From Verrucomicrobiota bacterium (lineage in GTDB: Bacteria > Verrucomicrobiota > Verrucomicrobiia > Verrucomicrobiales > DEV007): a DNA stretch of 58,569 nt. This document shows positions 47,513 through 58,283 of the stretch, one piece after another. The position numbers were made by a program, and so were the translations under genes. The DNA lies in NCBI GenBank assembly GCA_045046875.1, contig JASFYY010000146.1, positions 1 through 58,569 of the forward strand. Reading direction: 5' to 3'. Position 1 is the stretch's first letter, and every line of letters starts with the position of its first letter. The notes under the pieces are model-generated. The model ran no database searches. It worked only from the letters and a program-made list of their open reading frames with translations, and was not told the origin of the DNA.

Positions 47513-48439
47513 ATGCTTACCCGTAGAAAATTCCTCGCCACCTCTTCCGCTGCAGCTATAACAAGCGCATTACCCGCTACCGCTGCAGACCTCAAAACAG
47601 GATGGATCGATGCTCATTCACATATCTGGACTCCAGACACTAAATCCTACCCGATCAACTCAGCCTATAAAAAGGAGAATATGAAACCGGCGAGTTTCAC
47701 CCCAGAGCAACTGTTCACCCATTGCCAACCCGTGGGAGTCACACGCATCGTATTGATCCAAATGAGTTTTTACAAATACGACAACTCCTACATGATCGAC
47801 ATGATTAAAAAGTATCCAGGTGTGTTCTCCGGGGTTGCAGTCATCGATCAGGACGCTCCCGATATCGAGAAAACGATGCAGACACTCTCCCAGCAAGGCG
47901 TTCGCGGGTACCGCCTTCGTGCTGGTAAAAAAGAAGCCGTCGAAGCTTGGGTGAAATCCCCCGGTATGCGCACGATGTGGAAATATGCCGCCGACAACGG
48001 CCTCGCCATGTGTCCGTTGTCCAACCCCGAAGCCCTGCCCGCCATCGCCGCGATGTGCAAGGAGTTCCCCAAAACGCCTGTCGTCATTGATCATTTTTCT
48101 AGAATCGGAGCCAGTGGCACCATAGAAAAAAGCGACCTCGATCAACTGTGCCGATTAGCTGACTTTGAAAATACTCATGTGAAAGCCTCCGCCTTCTACG
48201 CCTTCGGCAAAAAAGCCGCCCCCTACACGGATCTAGGTCCAATGATCCTCCGCCTGCGCGACACCTTCGGAGCCAATCGCATCATGTGGGCCAGCGACTG
48301 CCCCTACCAAGTCGTGCGGGGCCACCACTACGCCGACGCCATCGACCTCATCAAAAAACGACTCGATGACTCCCTCAGCAGCGAAGACAAAAACTGGATC
48401 CTCCGTGACACCGCCGCGAAAGTCTTTTTCAATGGATGA
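47513..48439 (+). CDS. amidohydrolase-2 family (sugar lactonase-like), Tat signal
   Basis: TRRKFL, IDAHSHIW, IDHF and WASDCP motifs. Confidence 0.88.
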   Translation: MLTRRKFLATSSAAAITSALPATAADLKTGWIDAHSHIWTPDTKSYPINSAYKKENMKPASFTPEQLFTHCQPVGVTRIVLIQMSFYKYDNSYMIDMIKKYPGVFSGVAVIDQDAPDIEKTMQTLSQQGVRGYRLRAGKKEAVEAWVKSPGMRTMWKYAADNGLAMCPLSNPEALPAIAAMCKEFPKTPVVIDHFSRIGASGTIEKSDLDQLCRLADFENTHVKASAFYAFGKKAAPYTDLGPMILRLRDTFGANRIMWASDCPYQVVRGHHYADAIDLIKKRLDDSLSSEDKNWILRDTAAKVFFNG

Positions 48440-48453
48440 TTAAGAATTGACCC

Positions 48454-49236
48454 TCACCAAAGCGTATAACCTCCATCGATCAGCAACGCCGCTCCAGTCA
48501 TATAACGAGACGCATCGCTGGCCAGATAAACTGCCAGGGGTCCGAGATCTTCCGGCCGGCCAAACTCACCCATCGGAATCTGAGCATTAAAGGACTCGAT
48601 CACTTCGGGATTCTCCTTTGACCACCGTTGATTCGGTGCGGTCATGAATCCTCCGGGACAAATCGCGTTCACCGTCACCCCACGCGCAGCCCAGTCTGCG
48701 GCCGTTGCCCGGGTGAATGCAATCACCGCCGCTTTTGAAGTTTCATAACAACGTCCGCCAATACCTCGATTGGCAATCATGCCCGACATCGAAGCCGTAT
48801 TGATCACCCTGCCCGGCTTTTCACCATCCAACATCGCGCCACCAATCATCTTGGTGCATACAAAGGTGCTGGTCAGATTCAAATCGATGATCCTCTGCCA
48901 CTCACTTAGCGGCAGATCTTCCGTCGCGGTATCAATCAAACGCCCGCCCACATTGTTAAGCAAAATATCAACCGGTGCGTGTTCATCCAAAATCAATTGG
49001 CAAATCTCTTCACATTTTTCAGGATCCCCCATATCAGCCTCTATCGTCACCGCCTCCCGCCCCAAAGCCCGTATCTCACTCGCGGTTGCCTCCAGACTTC
49101 CCCCGTCGCGCCCGGATAAAATCACGTCCGCCCCTGCATCCGCAATCGCCAAGGCCATCTCCCGCCCCAGCCCACGACTGCCTCCGGTGATAAACAAATG
49201 TTTCCCCGCCAATGAAAATCGATCAAAAATACTCAT
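48454..49236 (-). CDS. SDR oxidoreductase (gluconate 5-dehydrogenase-like)
   Basis: TGGSRGLG, NNVG, YETSK and IDGG motifs. Confidence 0.92.
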   Translation of the reverse strand: MSIFDRFSLAGKHLFITGGSRGLGREMALAIADAGADVILSGRDGGSLEATASEIRALGREAVTIEADMGDPEKCEEICQLILDEHAPVDILLNNVGGRLIDTATEDLPLSEWQRIIDLNLTSTFVCTKMIGGAMLDGEKPGRVINTASMSGMIANRGIGGRCYETSKAAVIAFTRATAADWAARGVTVNAICPGGFMTAPNQRWSKENPEVIESFNAQIPMGEFGRPEDLGPLAVYLASDASRYMTGAALLIDGGYTLW

Positions 49237-49374
49237 TCAGGAATGAAGCCTCTCAACCCACTTTCATCAAGGGCATATCCGAAGACTTGCTTTGAAATGA
49301 AACGCTATGGAGATTTACACTGACCCGTTCTTATCATTGACTCCATCTCAAACACGCCCTTAGTTGCCAGCACT

Positions 49375-52365
49375 ATGAGAACCCCCTCTCGCATCCACCT
49401 CGCCTTCACGAGTTTTACCACCTTGTGCCTGTTAAGCGCCGCACTCTCCGCTGCGGATAAAAAAACCAAGCGCACAGAAAAACTCCTCATCCCTCAACTG
49501 CCGGCAACGGCTCCTGCCGAATCAATCAAAAAATTTGAAACCATCGCCGGATTCGAAATGCAACTGGTCGCCTCCGAACCGCAAATCCAGGAACCCATCG
49601 TCATCCAATATGACGAAAACGGCCTGCTATTTGTCGCCGAATATTTGAAATTCCCCTGGGATGGCAAAAAGGGCGGTGAGGTCAACGGCCGTATCCGCCT
49701 GCTGCGCGACGACGACGGCAACGGGCACTACGAAAAAAGCACGGTCTTCGCTGACGACATCGCCTGGCCCACCGGCATCCAATCTTGGAAGGGCGGAATC
49801 TTTGTGGTCGCCTCTCCGGATCTCTGGTATCTAAAAGATACCACGGGGGATGGTATCGCCGATCTGCGGCAAAAAATTTACACCGGTTTTGGTTTCACCA
49901 CCGAAGAAGGCACCGCCAACAATCTGATCTGGGGACTCGACAACTGGATCTACGGTGCGGGCTCCGGCTCGGGTGGAGAGGTGCGTCCGGCCGATCAGCC
50001 CAATGCCAAAACCGTCTCCCTGCGTGGCCGCGATTTCCGCTTTGATCCGGTGAGCAAAAAATTCGAAGCACTCTCCGGCTCCGAGCAATTTGGCAATAGT
50101 TTCGATGATTGGAACAACCGCTTCCTGTGCCAAAACTCCAAACCTGGAGTGCATGTCATTCTACCTGCCCGCTACCTGGCAAGAAACCCCTACCTGCCGG
50201 TTTCCAAAGTCAGACAAAACATCTGGCAAGGAGACCGGGTTTACCGTGCCAGCCCTCCGGAACCCTGGCGTGTTGCCCGTTCCAAATACCGTCGCTCGCT
50301 GGACCGAAAATGGGCACCATCTTACGTCGCTGACGATGTATTCACCGCCGTGTCCGGAGTCACTATTTATCGAGGGGCCGCCTACCCCGAGGAATTTCGT
50401 GGCAACATTTTTTTTGGTGAGGTGCAAAGCAACCTGATCCACCGCCGTGTGCTCACCCCCAACGGGGTCAGCTTTGATTCCAAACGCGTCGATGAAAATA
50501 CCGAAATCGTGCGATCCAAAGACAACTGGTTCCGCCCCACCAACCTCACCAATGCCCCCGACGGCACTTTACATATCGCCGACATGTATCGCGAGGTGAT
50601 CGAAACCCCCACTTCGATGACCCCGGAAATTCTCGCCGCCATTGATCTGCAGAACGGCCACAAACACGGTCGCATCTACCGCCTCGCCCCTGCAGGATTC
50701 AAAGCTCCCGCACCACCGAAGCTGGGATCGGCCTCCATTGCAGAACTGGTCAAAATGCTCGAAAACCCCAACGGTTGGTGGCGTGATACCGCACAGCGAC
50801 TCATCTACCAACGCCAGGATAAAGCTGCCATCCCCCCACTTCTCGAGTTGGTGAAAAACAGCTCCTACGACCGCGCCCGCTTACACGCCCTTCACTCTTT
50901 GGCACGCCTCGATGCTCTCGACGAAAAACTGCTTCTTATTGGCCTCAGCGATCCCTCCGCCGGAGTACGCGAACACGCCTTGAAACTAGCCGAACCCCAG
51001 CTCGCAGATAACAAAGCCCTACAGCAACAAACAATCAAACTGGCTCAGGACGAGCATGCCCGGGTGCGCTTCCAGGCCGCCTTCAGCCTCGGCGAAATCA
51101 GTAATCCCCAGGCTGCCACCGCACTCGCTGGCATCGCCAGCCGGGATGCCGGTGACTACTGGATGCGCACCGCCATCCTGAGCTCTTCGCTCAACCTCGC
51201 AGCGGGCATGATCGAACAACTGCTCACCCATAACGACAGTTTCATCAACAGCAAAAGCGGTCAACTATTCCTACGGGAACTCAGCCAACTGGTCGGCAGT
51301 CGCAAACAAAAGGACGAAATCATGCACATTCTTAAAGCCGCAGAAACCAGCCCTGCGGCGAAGGATCCCAAAATCCAACGCATTCTGATTCTCGGCCTCG
51401 GCGACGGCTTGGTGCGTTCCCGCTCCAGCCTCACGCCCTATTTGGCGCAATCAGCTGCTGCCTCCAAGCTGCTGACCACTATGATCACCAGAGCCAAAGC
51501 CACCCTGGACAAAAAGTCTTCCTCCGCTGCCCAACGTCAGCAAGCTATCAAAACCCTCGCCCACGCCAACTTCGCTGATGCTGAAGATGCGCTCGCCGCA
51601 ATGCTCAACCGCAGCCAATCGCCCAAGGTGCAGTTGGCCGCGCTGAACACCCTGACCGGATATGCTTCTCCGCAAACAGCCAAACGCATCGCCAGCGCTT
51701 TACCGGACCTTTCTCCAGCGGTTCAGAAAGAGGCGGTCGAAGCCCTGCTCGGACGTAAGACGTGGATTCCTGCTTTGCTCGATAGCATCGCTAATAAAAA
51801 ACTCACCGCAGACCATATCGACCCCGCGCGTCGTGCGGCTCTAATGAAACACAAGGATGAATCCATCCGCCAACAAGCCCAACAACTTTTTGCCAGCAGT
51901 GTTCCGCGCGCGCGCGATAAAGTCATCGCAGCTTATCAACCCGCGCTCCAGTTGAAAGGCGATAACAAACGCGGAGAAACCGTGGCCCAACAAGTCTGTA
52001 TCGCCTGCCACCAAATCGGCAAAATCGGCAACGAAGTCGGCCCCAACCTGGCCACCATCCAGAATCGCAGCCCCGCCGATCTGATGACCCATATTCTCGA
52101 TCCCAACCGTGAAGTGCAAGCCAACTACCGGCAATACATCGTCGAACTCAACGACGGGCGCTCCGTTTCAGGATTCATTGTCACTGAGTCCCCCACCAGC
52201 ATCACCCTGAAACGCACCGAAGGCATTCAGGAAACCCTCCTTCGCCAGAACATAAAAAACATCACCAGCAACAGCCTCTCACTGATGCCCGAAGGCTTGG
52301 AACAAATCATCAACCAGCAACAAATGAGCGACCTGCTGAGCTATTTGCTGAACCTGAAAAAATAA
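49375..52365 (+). CDS. PVC-type heme-binding CxxCH protein
   Basis: WGLDNWIY, WFRP, DMYR, GRIYR, HEAT repeats, CIACH..VGPNL and SLMPEGLE motifs. Confidence 0.92.
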   Translation: MRTPSRIHLAFTSFTTLCLLSAALSAADKKTKRTEKLLIPQLPATAPAESIKKFETIAGFEMQLVASEPQIQEPIVIQYDENGLLFVAEYLKFPWDGKKGGEVNGRIRLLRDDDGNGHYEKSTVFADDIAWPTGIQSWKGGIFVVASPDLWYLKDTTGDGIADLRQKIYTGFGFTTEEGTANNLIWGLDNWIYGAGSGSGGEVRPADQPNAKTVSLRGRDFRFDPVSKKFEALSGSEQFGNSFDDWNNRFLCQNSKPGVHVILPARYLARNPYLPVSKVRQNIWQGDRVYRASPPEPWRVARSKYRRSLDRKWAPSYVADDVFTAVSGVTIYRGAAYPEEFRGNIFFGEVQSNLIHRRVLTPNGVSFDSKRVDENTEIVRSKDNWFRPTNLTNAPDGTLHIADMYREVIETPTSMTPEILAAIDLQNGHKHGRIYRLAPAGFKAPAPPKLGSASIAELVKMLENPNGWWRDTAQRLIYQRQDKAAIPPLLELVKNSSYDRARLHALHSLARLDALDEKLLLIGLSDPSAGVREHALKLAEPQLADNKALQQQTIKLAQDEHARVRFQAAFSLGEISNPQAATALAGIASRDAGDYWMRTAILSSSLNLAAGMIEQLLTHNDSFINSKSGQLFLRELSQLVGSRKQKDEIMHILKAAETSPAAKDPKIQRILILGLGDGLVRSRSSLTPYLAQSAAASKLLTTMITRAKATLDKKSSSAAQRQQAIKTLAHANFADAEDALAAMLNRSQSPKVQLAALNTLTGYASPQTAKRIASALPDLSPAVQKEAVEALLGRKTWIPALLDSIANKKLTADHIDPARRAALMKHKDESIRQQAQQLFASSVPRARDKVIAAYQPALQLKGDNKRGETVAQQVCIACHQIGKIGNEVGPNLATIQNRSPADLMTHILDPNREVQANYRQYIVELNDGRSVSGFIVTESPTSITLKRTEGIQETLLRQNIKNITSNSLSLMPEGLEQIINQQQMSDLLSYLLNLKK

Positions 52366-52380
52366 GCTTACGACAACCTG

Positions 52381-54549
52381 TTATTTTTTACGCTTGCGAT
52401 AAGTCGTCTTGCTCTTGCCCGGATCCACCGCTTCTTCAATGCCTGCCTGCATTTTCAACTCCTTGACCTGATCCCGCAACAAAGCAGCGCGTTCAAATTC
52501 AAGTTTCTGCGAGGCTTCCTGCATCTCCCCCTCCAGCTCGCGGATCACTTCGAGCACATCAAAATCCTCATTCGTTTCACGTAATCCCGAAGCTTCGGCT
52601 TGCTGCCCTTCGGAATAAACATGGAGGGATTTTTGCACCGCCCTTTTCACCGATCTCGGAGTGATGCCATGTTTCTCGTTATACGCCATCTGCTTGCCTC
52701 GACGGTACTCGGTCAAATTCAGCAAAGCCTGGATCGACTTGGTCACATAATCCGCAAACAAAACCACCTCCCCATTCACATGCCGCGCCGCACGCCCCGC
52801 CGTCTGCACCAGCGAAGTCTCCGAACGTAAATACCCTTCTTTGTCCGCATCCAGAATACAGACCAGCGAAACCTCCGGCAGATCCAAACCTTCCCGCAAC
52901 AAATTGATTCCAATCAAAATGTCAAACTCCCCCGCGCGCAAAGCGCGCAATATCTCAACCCGCTCAATCGCTCCGATATCCGCATGAATATAACGCACCC
53001 GCAGCTCCACCCGGCGCAAATAATCCGTCAGATCCTCCGCCGTTCGTTTGGTCAGCGTGGTGACCAATACCCGCTCATCCAACTCGGTTTTCTGCCGGCA
53101 CAACTCAATCGTCTCATCGATTTGCTCCCCCAGCGGGCGCAGGGTGATCTTCGGATCGAGCAAACCAGTCGGGCGAATGATCTGCTCCACAATCAAATCG
53201 CTGCCCTTTTTACTGACATCAAATTTCTCAGCGGGCTGGTCCGTGCTCGATATCCTCGGCAAACGTAACTTCACCGGCCCTTCCGCCTGACGCGCTTTGC
53301 TGTTTTTATACGGAATGAACTCCGGCCCGCCGACCCGGGAATTTTCTATTTCAAATCGCGAGGGAGTAGCCGACACATACACCAGTTGATTGGTCAGCGG
53401 CATGAATTCAGCAAACTTCAGCGGACGGTTATCCATCGCGCTCGGTAAGCGAAAACCAAAATCCACCAATACCGACTTGCGTGAGTGATCCCCCGCATAC
53501 ATGCCGCCGATTTGAGGCACCGAAGCATGGGATTCATCGATCACCGTGAGGAAATCATCGGGGAAAAAATCGATCAAGGTCCCCGGCCTCGAGCCCTCAG
53601 GGCGTCCCGTCAAATGGCGCGAATAATTCTCAATACCCGTACAAAAACCCATCTCGGTCATCATCTCGATGTCGTAATCCGTGCGCATCCTGATCCGCTG
53701 CGCTTCGATCAACCTGTCCTTGCTCTCAAACCACTCAACCCGTTCCTTCATCTCCGAACGAATCGACTTGATCGCACCCTGCAGTTTGTGCGCCGGAGTC
53801 ACAAACTGCTTGGCCGGGTAAAACGTGTAATCCTCCAACTGACCCGCCACATGCCCGGTGAGCGGATCAAAAGAAGAAATACGTTCGATTTCATCACCAA
53901 AAAACTCAATCCGAATCGCCTCCTCATCAAGGTAAGCGGGATACACTTCAACCACATCCCCCCGCACCCGAAATTTTCCCCGGGTGAAAGCGATATCATT
54001 GCGCTCATATTGAATCGCCACCAGATCCTTGAGAAAATCATCCCGATCCAGTTCCGCTCCCATACTGAGCGATACCATCATGTCCTTATAATCATCCGGC
54101 GACCCCAAGCCATAAATACACGACACCGAAGCCACCACAATGACATCCTTACGCGTCAGCAACGAAGACATCGAAGCCAGGCGGTGACGCTCGATCTCTT
54201 CATTGATCGAAGAATCCTTTTCGATATAGGTATCCGTGCGCGGCAAATAAGCCTCTGGCTGGTAATAATCGAAATAAGAAACAAAGTACTCCACCGCATT
54301 GTTGGGAAAAAAGTTCTTAAATTCCGAATACAACTGCGCCGCCAGCGTTTTATTATGCGACATCACTAGCGTCGCCCGATTCTGCTCAGCGATCACATTC
54401 GCCATAGTAAAGGTTTTGCCCGAACCCGTCACCCCCAGCAAAGTCTGGTGTTTGTTGCCCGCCGACAAGGATTTGTTCAGCTTGGCAATCGCCTGCGCCT
54501 GATCCCCCTTGGGTTCGAACTCACTGGATAATTGAAAATGGTCAGGCAC
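52381..54549 (-). CDS. uvrB: excinuclease ABC subunit B
   Basis: GVTGSGKT, YYQPEAY, DESH, RPTGLLDP, GINLLREGLD, GRAAR, UVR domain FERAALLRD. Confidence 0.98.
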   Translation of the reverse strand: MPDHFQLSSEFEPKGDQAQAIAKLNKSLSAGNKHQTLLGVTGSGKTFTMANVIAEQNRATLVMSHNKTLAAQLYSEFKNFFPNNAVEYFVSYFDYYQPEAYLPRTDTYIEKDSSINEEIERHRLASMSSLLTRKDVIVVASVSCIYGLGSPDDYKDMMVSLSMGAELDRDDFLKDLVAIQYERNDIAFTRGKFRVRGDVVEVYPAYLDEEAIRIEFFGDEIERISSFDPLTGHVAGQLEDYTFYPAKQFVTPAHKLQGAIKSIRSEMKERVEWFESKDRLIEAQRIRMRTDYDIEMMTEMGFCTGIENYSRHLTGRPEGSRPGTLIDFFPDDFLTVIDESHASVPQIGGMYAGDHSRKSVLVDFGFRLPSAMDNRPLKFAEFMPLTNQLVYVSATPSRFEIENSRVGGPEFIPYKNSKARQAEGPVKLRLPRISSTDQPAEKFDVSKKGSDLIVEQIIRPTGLLDPKITLRPLGEQIDETIELCRQKTELDERVLVTTLTKRTAEDLTDYLRRVELRVRYIHADIGAIERVEILRALRAGEFDILIGINLLREGLDLPEVSLVCILDADKEGYLRSETSLVQTAGRAARHVNGEVVLFADYVTKSIQALLNLTEYRRGKQMAYNEKHGITPRSVKRAVQKSLHVYSEGQQAEASGLRETNEDFDVLEVIRELEGEMQEASQKLEFERAALLRDQVKELKMQAGIEEAVDPGKSKTTYRKRKK

Positions 54550-54654
54550 GGGGAAGTAGGATTCAGTAGTCAGGATTCAAATTCATCTCCCACTCACCAT
54601 ACCCAACTTCCCCCCCCTATCTCCTGAATTCTCTCAGAATCTCCTCATCCCCCC

Positions 54655-54817
54655 GTAGGATAGATTTCCAAATCTGTCCACGCCAGCCCTAACAACATAA
54701 AAATCCCCCAAACACTCACCCACACACCCACCCCCCCCTAAAAAAATCAGTGCTCATCAGTGCCCTCAGTGGTTAAATCCCCCTCTTATTCGTGTTTCTT
54801 CGTGTCCATTAGTGGTT
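54655..54817. repeat. cluster of REP-like and short tandem repeats
   Basis: GTAG-GATAGATTT-CC-AAATCTGTCC palindrome (54655-54679); about 10-mer arrays atcagtgctc/atcagtgccc/tcagtggtt and attcgtgttt/cttcgtgtcc/attagtggtt. Confidence 0.65.
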
Positions 54818-54877
54818 CCCAACTCCCCTCTCCTAAATTTCCTTGGAATTCCTCGCCTCAGCTGATAACTAAAAGAC

Positions 54878-55921
54878 ATGTCATCCGAGCAAAAAATCGA
54901 TTCGATCAAAGATCTAGGCCAGCGAGTCGGCCCCAACGCAGAAAAATGGTTAATCTGGGCTCAACTGGAACTGGCCATTGCAAAAACCGCCCGCAGTGGC
55001 AGTCCCTACTACGAACTGAAATTTGTCGACGCGGAAGGTTCGGTCACCCTACGCGCTTGGAATGACACCGCCGCCTTCGAGCAATCCAGCCAACTGAAAA
55101 ACGGCGACTTTTTTGAAATCAATGCCGAGTGGTTCTACAACGAAGAGTTCAAAAGCATCGAAGCCAAAAACTGGACTCTCGTGCCTCTCAACGAAGAACA
55201 AACCGACGTCGTTCTAGCGGGCTCAGCCGAGCTCAAACAACAACAGCACCAAGATTACCTGTTCATCGAAAGTTCGGTCTCAGCCATCGGCGATCCGCGC
55301 TTGCAAGCCTTGTGCCAAAGTTTCCTCGACCGCTTCGGCGAACGCTTTCGCCGCACCGGTGCGGCACGTGACTACCATCACGCCCGGCGCGGTGGACTGG
55401 TCGAACATGTCGCGCAAATGATGCGCTCCGCGCTCAAAATCTGCGAAGCCTACCCCGCACTCAATCCTGACCTGATGGTCGCCGGCGTGCTGTTCCACGA
55501 TTGCGGCAAGTTATGGGAAAACCACTACGCGGCAAAAGGTTTCACCATGCCCTACAGTGAAACCGGCGAACTCATCGGCCACATTCCCATGGGCATGGAA
55601 CTGATCAACAAACTGTGGCGGGATTTGCTCGATTCCGGAGTCAGTGATCAATGGCTGACCCTGGACCCACCCAACGAACAAGTTAGACTCCACCTACTGC
55701 ACCTGATCGCCGCCCACCACGGTGAGATGGCCTTTGGCTCTCCGGTCGTCCCCAAAACTCCGGAAGCCATCGCCCTGCACTACGTCGACAACCTCGACGC
55801 CAAGATGGAAATGTTCGCCAAAGGTTATCAAAAAGCTGCCACCCTTGCCCCCAACGTCTTCGACCGCGTCCGCCCGCTGCCCGGAAAACTCATCCGCCCG
55901 CTGGATAAATTTGAAGGTTGA
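54878..55921 (+). CDS. YhaM-like 3'-5' exoribonuclease (OB fold plus HD domain)
   Basis: N-terminal OB fold; HHA..GGLVEH, HDCGK, AHHG..GSP and HYVDNLDAK motifs. Confidence 0.88.
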   Translation: MSSEQKIDSIKDLGQRVGPNAEKWLIWAQLELAIAKTARSGSPYYELKFVDAEGSVTLRAWNDTAAFEQSSQLKNGDFFEINAEWFYNEEFKSIEAKNWTLVPLNEEQTDVVLAGSAELKQQQHQDYLFIESSVSAIGDPRLQALCQSFLDRFGERFRRTGAARDYHHARRGGLVEHVAQMMRSALKICEAYPALNPDLMVAGVLFHDCGKLWENHYAAKGFTMPYSETGELIGHIPMGMELINKLWRDLLDSGVSDQWLTLDPPNEQVRLHLLHLIAAHHGEMAFGSPVVPKTPEAIALHYVDNLDAKMEMFAKGYQKAATLAPNVFDRVRPLPGKLIRPLDKFEG

Positions 55922-55936
55922 AACTTGATGGTCGCG

Positions 55937-55960
55937 GCGGACTGAAAAGTCCGCACTCCT
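55937..55960. repeat. REP-like hairpin between convergent genes
   Basis: GCGGACT-GAAA-AGTCCGC followed by ACTCC. Confidence 0.6.
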
Positions 55961-57976
55961 TTATTGCCCCCAAAGATCCTGCCCAGCAGCTTGCTTGAGC
56001 ATGCGCACCGCGTCTTCATCCAACAGATAACCTTGTTGCTGCAAGTCCAACACCGCATCCGTGTATTTGCCCAAATAGTTCTCGCGGGTCGGATAACGCT
56101 CAAGAACCGGTAGGCGAGGATCTCCCGCTACCCGCCGCAGGGGCAAGGCCAGATAACCTCCATGCAAACCCGCCAACACACCCCCTGCACCATATTTTTC
56201 ATCTCTCAAATTCCACCCCATGTAGGTTGCCAATGGCACTCGCACCTCCGGCAAGCGAATGCCCGCCAATTCATTACCATCGGCATCCACCGCAGGAACC
56301 AAGGTGCGATAAACTTCCCCCGCCTCTGCCGGAACCTTATCGGCTATGCCCTCGCTGTGCCAACGCGGCCCCGGATCCAATCGTAAAGGCTGGTATCTAA
56401 CCTCCGGCGTCATCACCCCGGAAATCTTAGGAAACTGCTTACGAAACGTTACCAAATCCACCAAGGTGCCATCATCGATACGGGGATAACAACTGGCAGG
56501 CGGTTCTTCACCCTCACTCACCCAATCGTCCATCGCCACCAACAGGGCTCGCAACACCGGCCCACGATGTCTCAGCGGACTACGCGGATACTGACAGATG
56601 CCTTTATCCGTTTTTCCCCCACCCAAATGCTGCGCCCCGGCGATCGAATAAATGCGCACATTTTCATCAAGTTTGATATCCTTCTCCCCTGCCACATCCG
56701 TATGCAAAAGCGACGCCGCCCGCGACCAGTATTCAGTGCCGGTCTGCACAAAGAAAATCCTAGGCATGCCTGGCCCCTTACGCAGACGAGCTAGGGACTC
56801 CCCCTTTTTTCCGCTAAGCGGATCTGTCTGCAGCGTCGCCGCAAAAGGAAAAAAATCTGCCGGTGATAAGTTGGCTCGTCGATAGGTGCCATACACCGTT
56901 GCCATCGCAAAACGGTAATTGAACAAGCCCTTGCCCGCTCCTGCCACATGCAGGATCGCCCCATCAAAGACCTTTTGATCTTTTTCATCCAAATTCAGCC
57001 CCTCGTAGAAAAAATGATGGCCCAGCCGACCCGACTGGGATATGCCAAAGATATACGCTTGCTGCAGCCTTCCCATCGCTGGATTACCAGAGCCTCCATA
57101 ACGGAAAAACGCCACCGCATCACGCAGTCCCGCCAAACCCAAACCCGAAACCCGCGGATCCCTTGCGGTATAAACCAACTCATAAATCCAGCCAGGTTTA
57201 AAACCAGCCTTCAGATAAAGGCTGGTTGCATTAGCCACCACCCGCCCCTCTTTAAACTCGGCAAAAGCCCAATCCTTACGCGCCACCTCTACCGCCGCCG
57301 TGGCTCGATCCGGTCGCATCTTCAATGTCGCCTCGGCATTATCCAACGATGCCGAAGGGTAGGCCTTGGGACTCCCCCAGGGACTTTCAAAAAAAGCCCG
57401 ACTGTAAGTTTTCTCGTCCACCGAGAATTCAACATAATTACGCCCCGTCAAAGGCTTTCCGTCCTTCTGCCGCGCCAAGGGCAGCCCTGCCAACAGCCTT
57501 CCCGTTCCATCCTCCGCCACATCCCCGTTCCAACCGGTCCACAACAACGAATAACCCTGACGAAATAAAAACCCGTTGCCCGCATGTTCCATCGTCAGCG
57601 GGTCATTACTTCTCAGCCCTTCATTGAAAGTCCATAAAGCCAGCTTGTTACCCCGGTTATGCACATCATATAACAAACGCCCACTGCCCTTCGCCGGATC
57701 GATGGGTTGCAACAAAAAAAAGTCTGCCCAAAACTCCACCCGTCCATTGGCATTGCGATTTGTCAAATCCAAATCAGTGATACGCTCGTTCGCTTTATTT
57801 TCAGGATCCACCGCAAAAAACAGACGACCGGATATCGCCTCATAAGCCCCCGTATTGCCAAAGTGAGCCCCGTCGGCAAAAGCTCGTCGCTGCTCAATCT
57901 GAATCCGTGTCACCTCTGCCGAAGCAGTGAACAACATGCCAAACAACAACAAAATCAAAACGCATAATTTCATCAT
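55961..57976 (-). CDS. secreted alpha/beta hydrolase domain protein
   Basis: Signal peptide; DVHNRG, GISQSGR, EYW, DADGNE..GIR and ATYMGWN motifs. Confidence 0.82.
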   Translation of the reverse strand: MMKLCVLILLLFGMLFTASAEVTRIQIEQRRAFADGAHFGNTGAYEAISGRLFFAVDPENKANERITDLDLTNRNANGRVEFWADFFLLQPIDPAKGSGRLLYDVHNRGNKLALWTFNEGLRSNDPLTMEHAGNGFLFRQGYSLLWTGWNGDVAEDGTGRLLAGLPLARQKDGKPLTGRNYVEFSVDEKTYSRAFFESPWGSPKAYPSASLDNAEATLKMRPDRATAAVEVARKDWAFAEFKEGRVVANATSLYLKAGFKPGWIYELVYTARDPRVSGLGLAGLRDAVAFFRYGGSGNPAMGRLQQAYIFGISQSGRLGHHFFYEGLNLDEKDQKVFDGAILHVAGAGKGLFNYRFAMATVYGTYRRANLSPADFFPFAATLQTDPLSGKKGESLARLRKGPGMPRIFFVQTGTEYWSRAASLLHTDVAGEKDIKLDENVRIYSIAGAQHLGGGKTDKGICQYPRSPLRHRGPVLRALLVAMDDWVSEGEEPPASCYPRIDDGTLVDLVTFRKQFPKISGVMTPEVRYQPLRLDPGPRWHSEGIADKVPAEAGEVYRTLVPAVDADGNELAGIRLPEVRVPLATYMGWNLRDEKYGAGGVLAGLHGGYLALPLRRVAGDPRLPVLERYPTRENYLGKYTDAVLDLQQQGYLLDEDAVRMLKQAAGQDLWGQ

Positions 57977-58283
57977 TCACTATGCAACGATCCCACCCGC
58001 CCACAAGCTTATTCAGCGGACATAAAGTGCTTCTCAGAAGTTCCCTGAAATGAAACTTGTGATTTTTAAACGCGGGATTAATTCAAGCGATGATAGTATT
58101 GGATGTGGGACGTAATGGTATTGCGTGGGTCTTGGTGAGGCGGGAAATACACAGCCGTAGCGAAGCGAATCGGAACGTAGTGTAGATGTGGAGAAAACTA
58201 TTCGAAAGCAACACAGGCAACCCGTAGGGTTGAGCATAGCGTCCAAAGGAAACTGCCCGAAGGCAAATTGCCAATCCATTCCA

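Noticed and set aside
53485..54369. 294 aa ORF antisense to uvrB, and similar shadow ORFs (36036-36860, 41398-42150, 56948-57568, 11562-12164)
   Set aside because: Fully overlap well-supported genes and show no motifs; expected from codon bias
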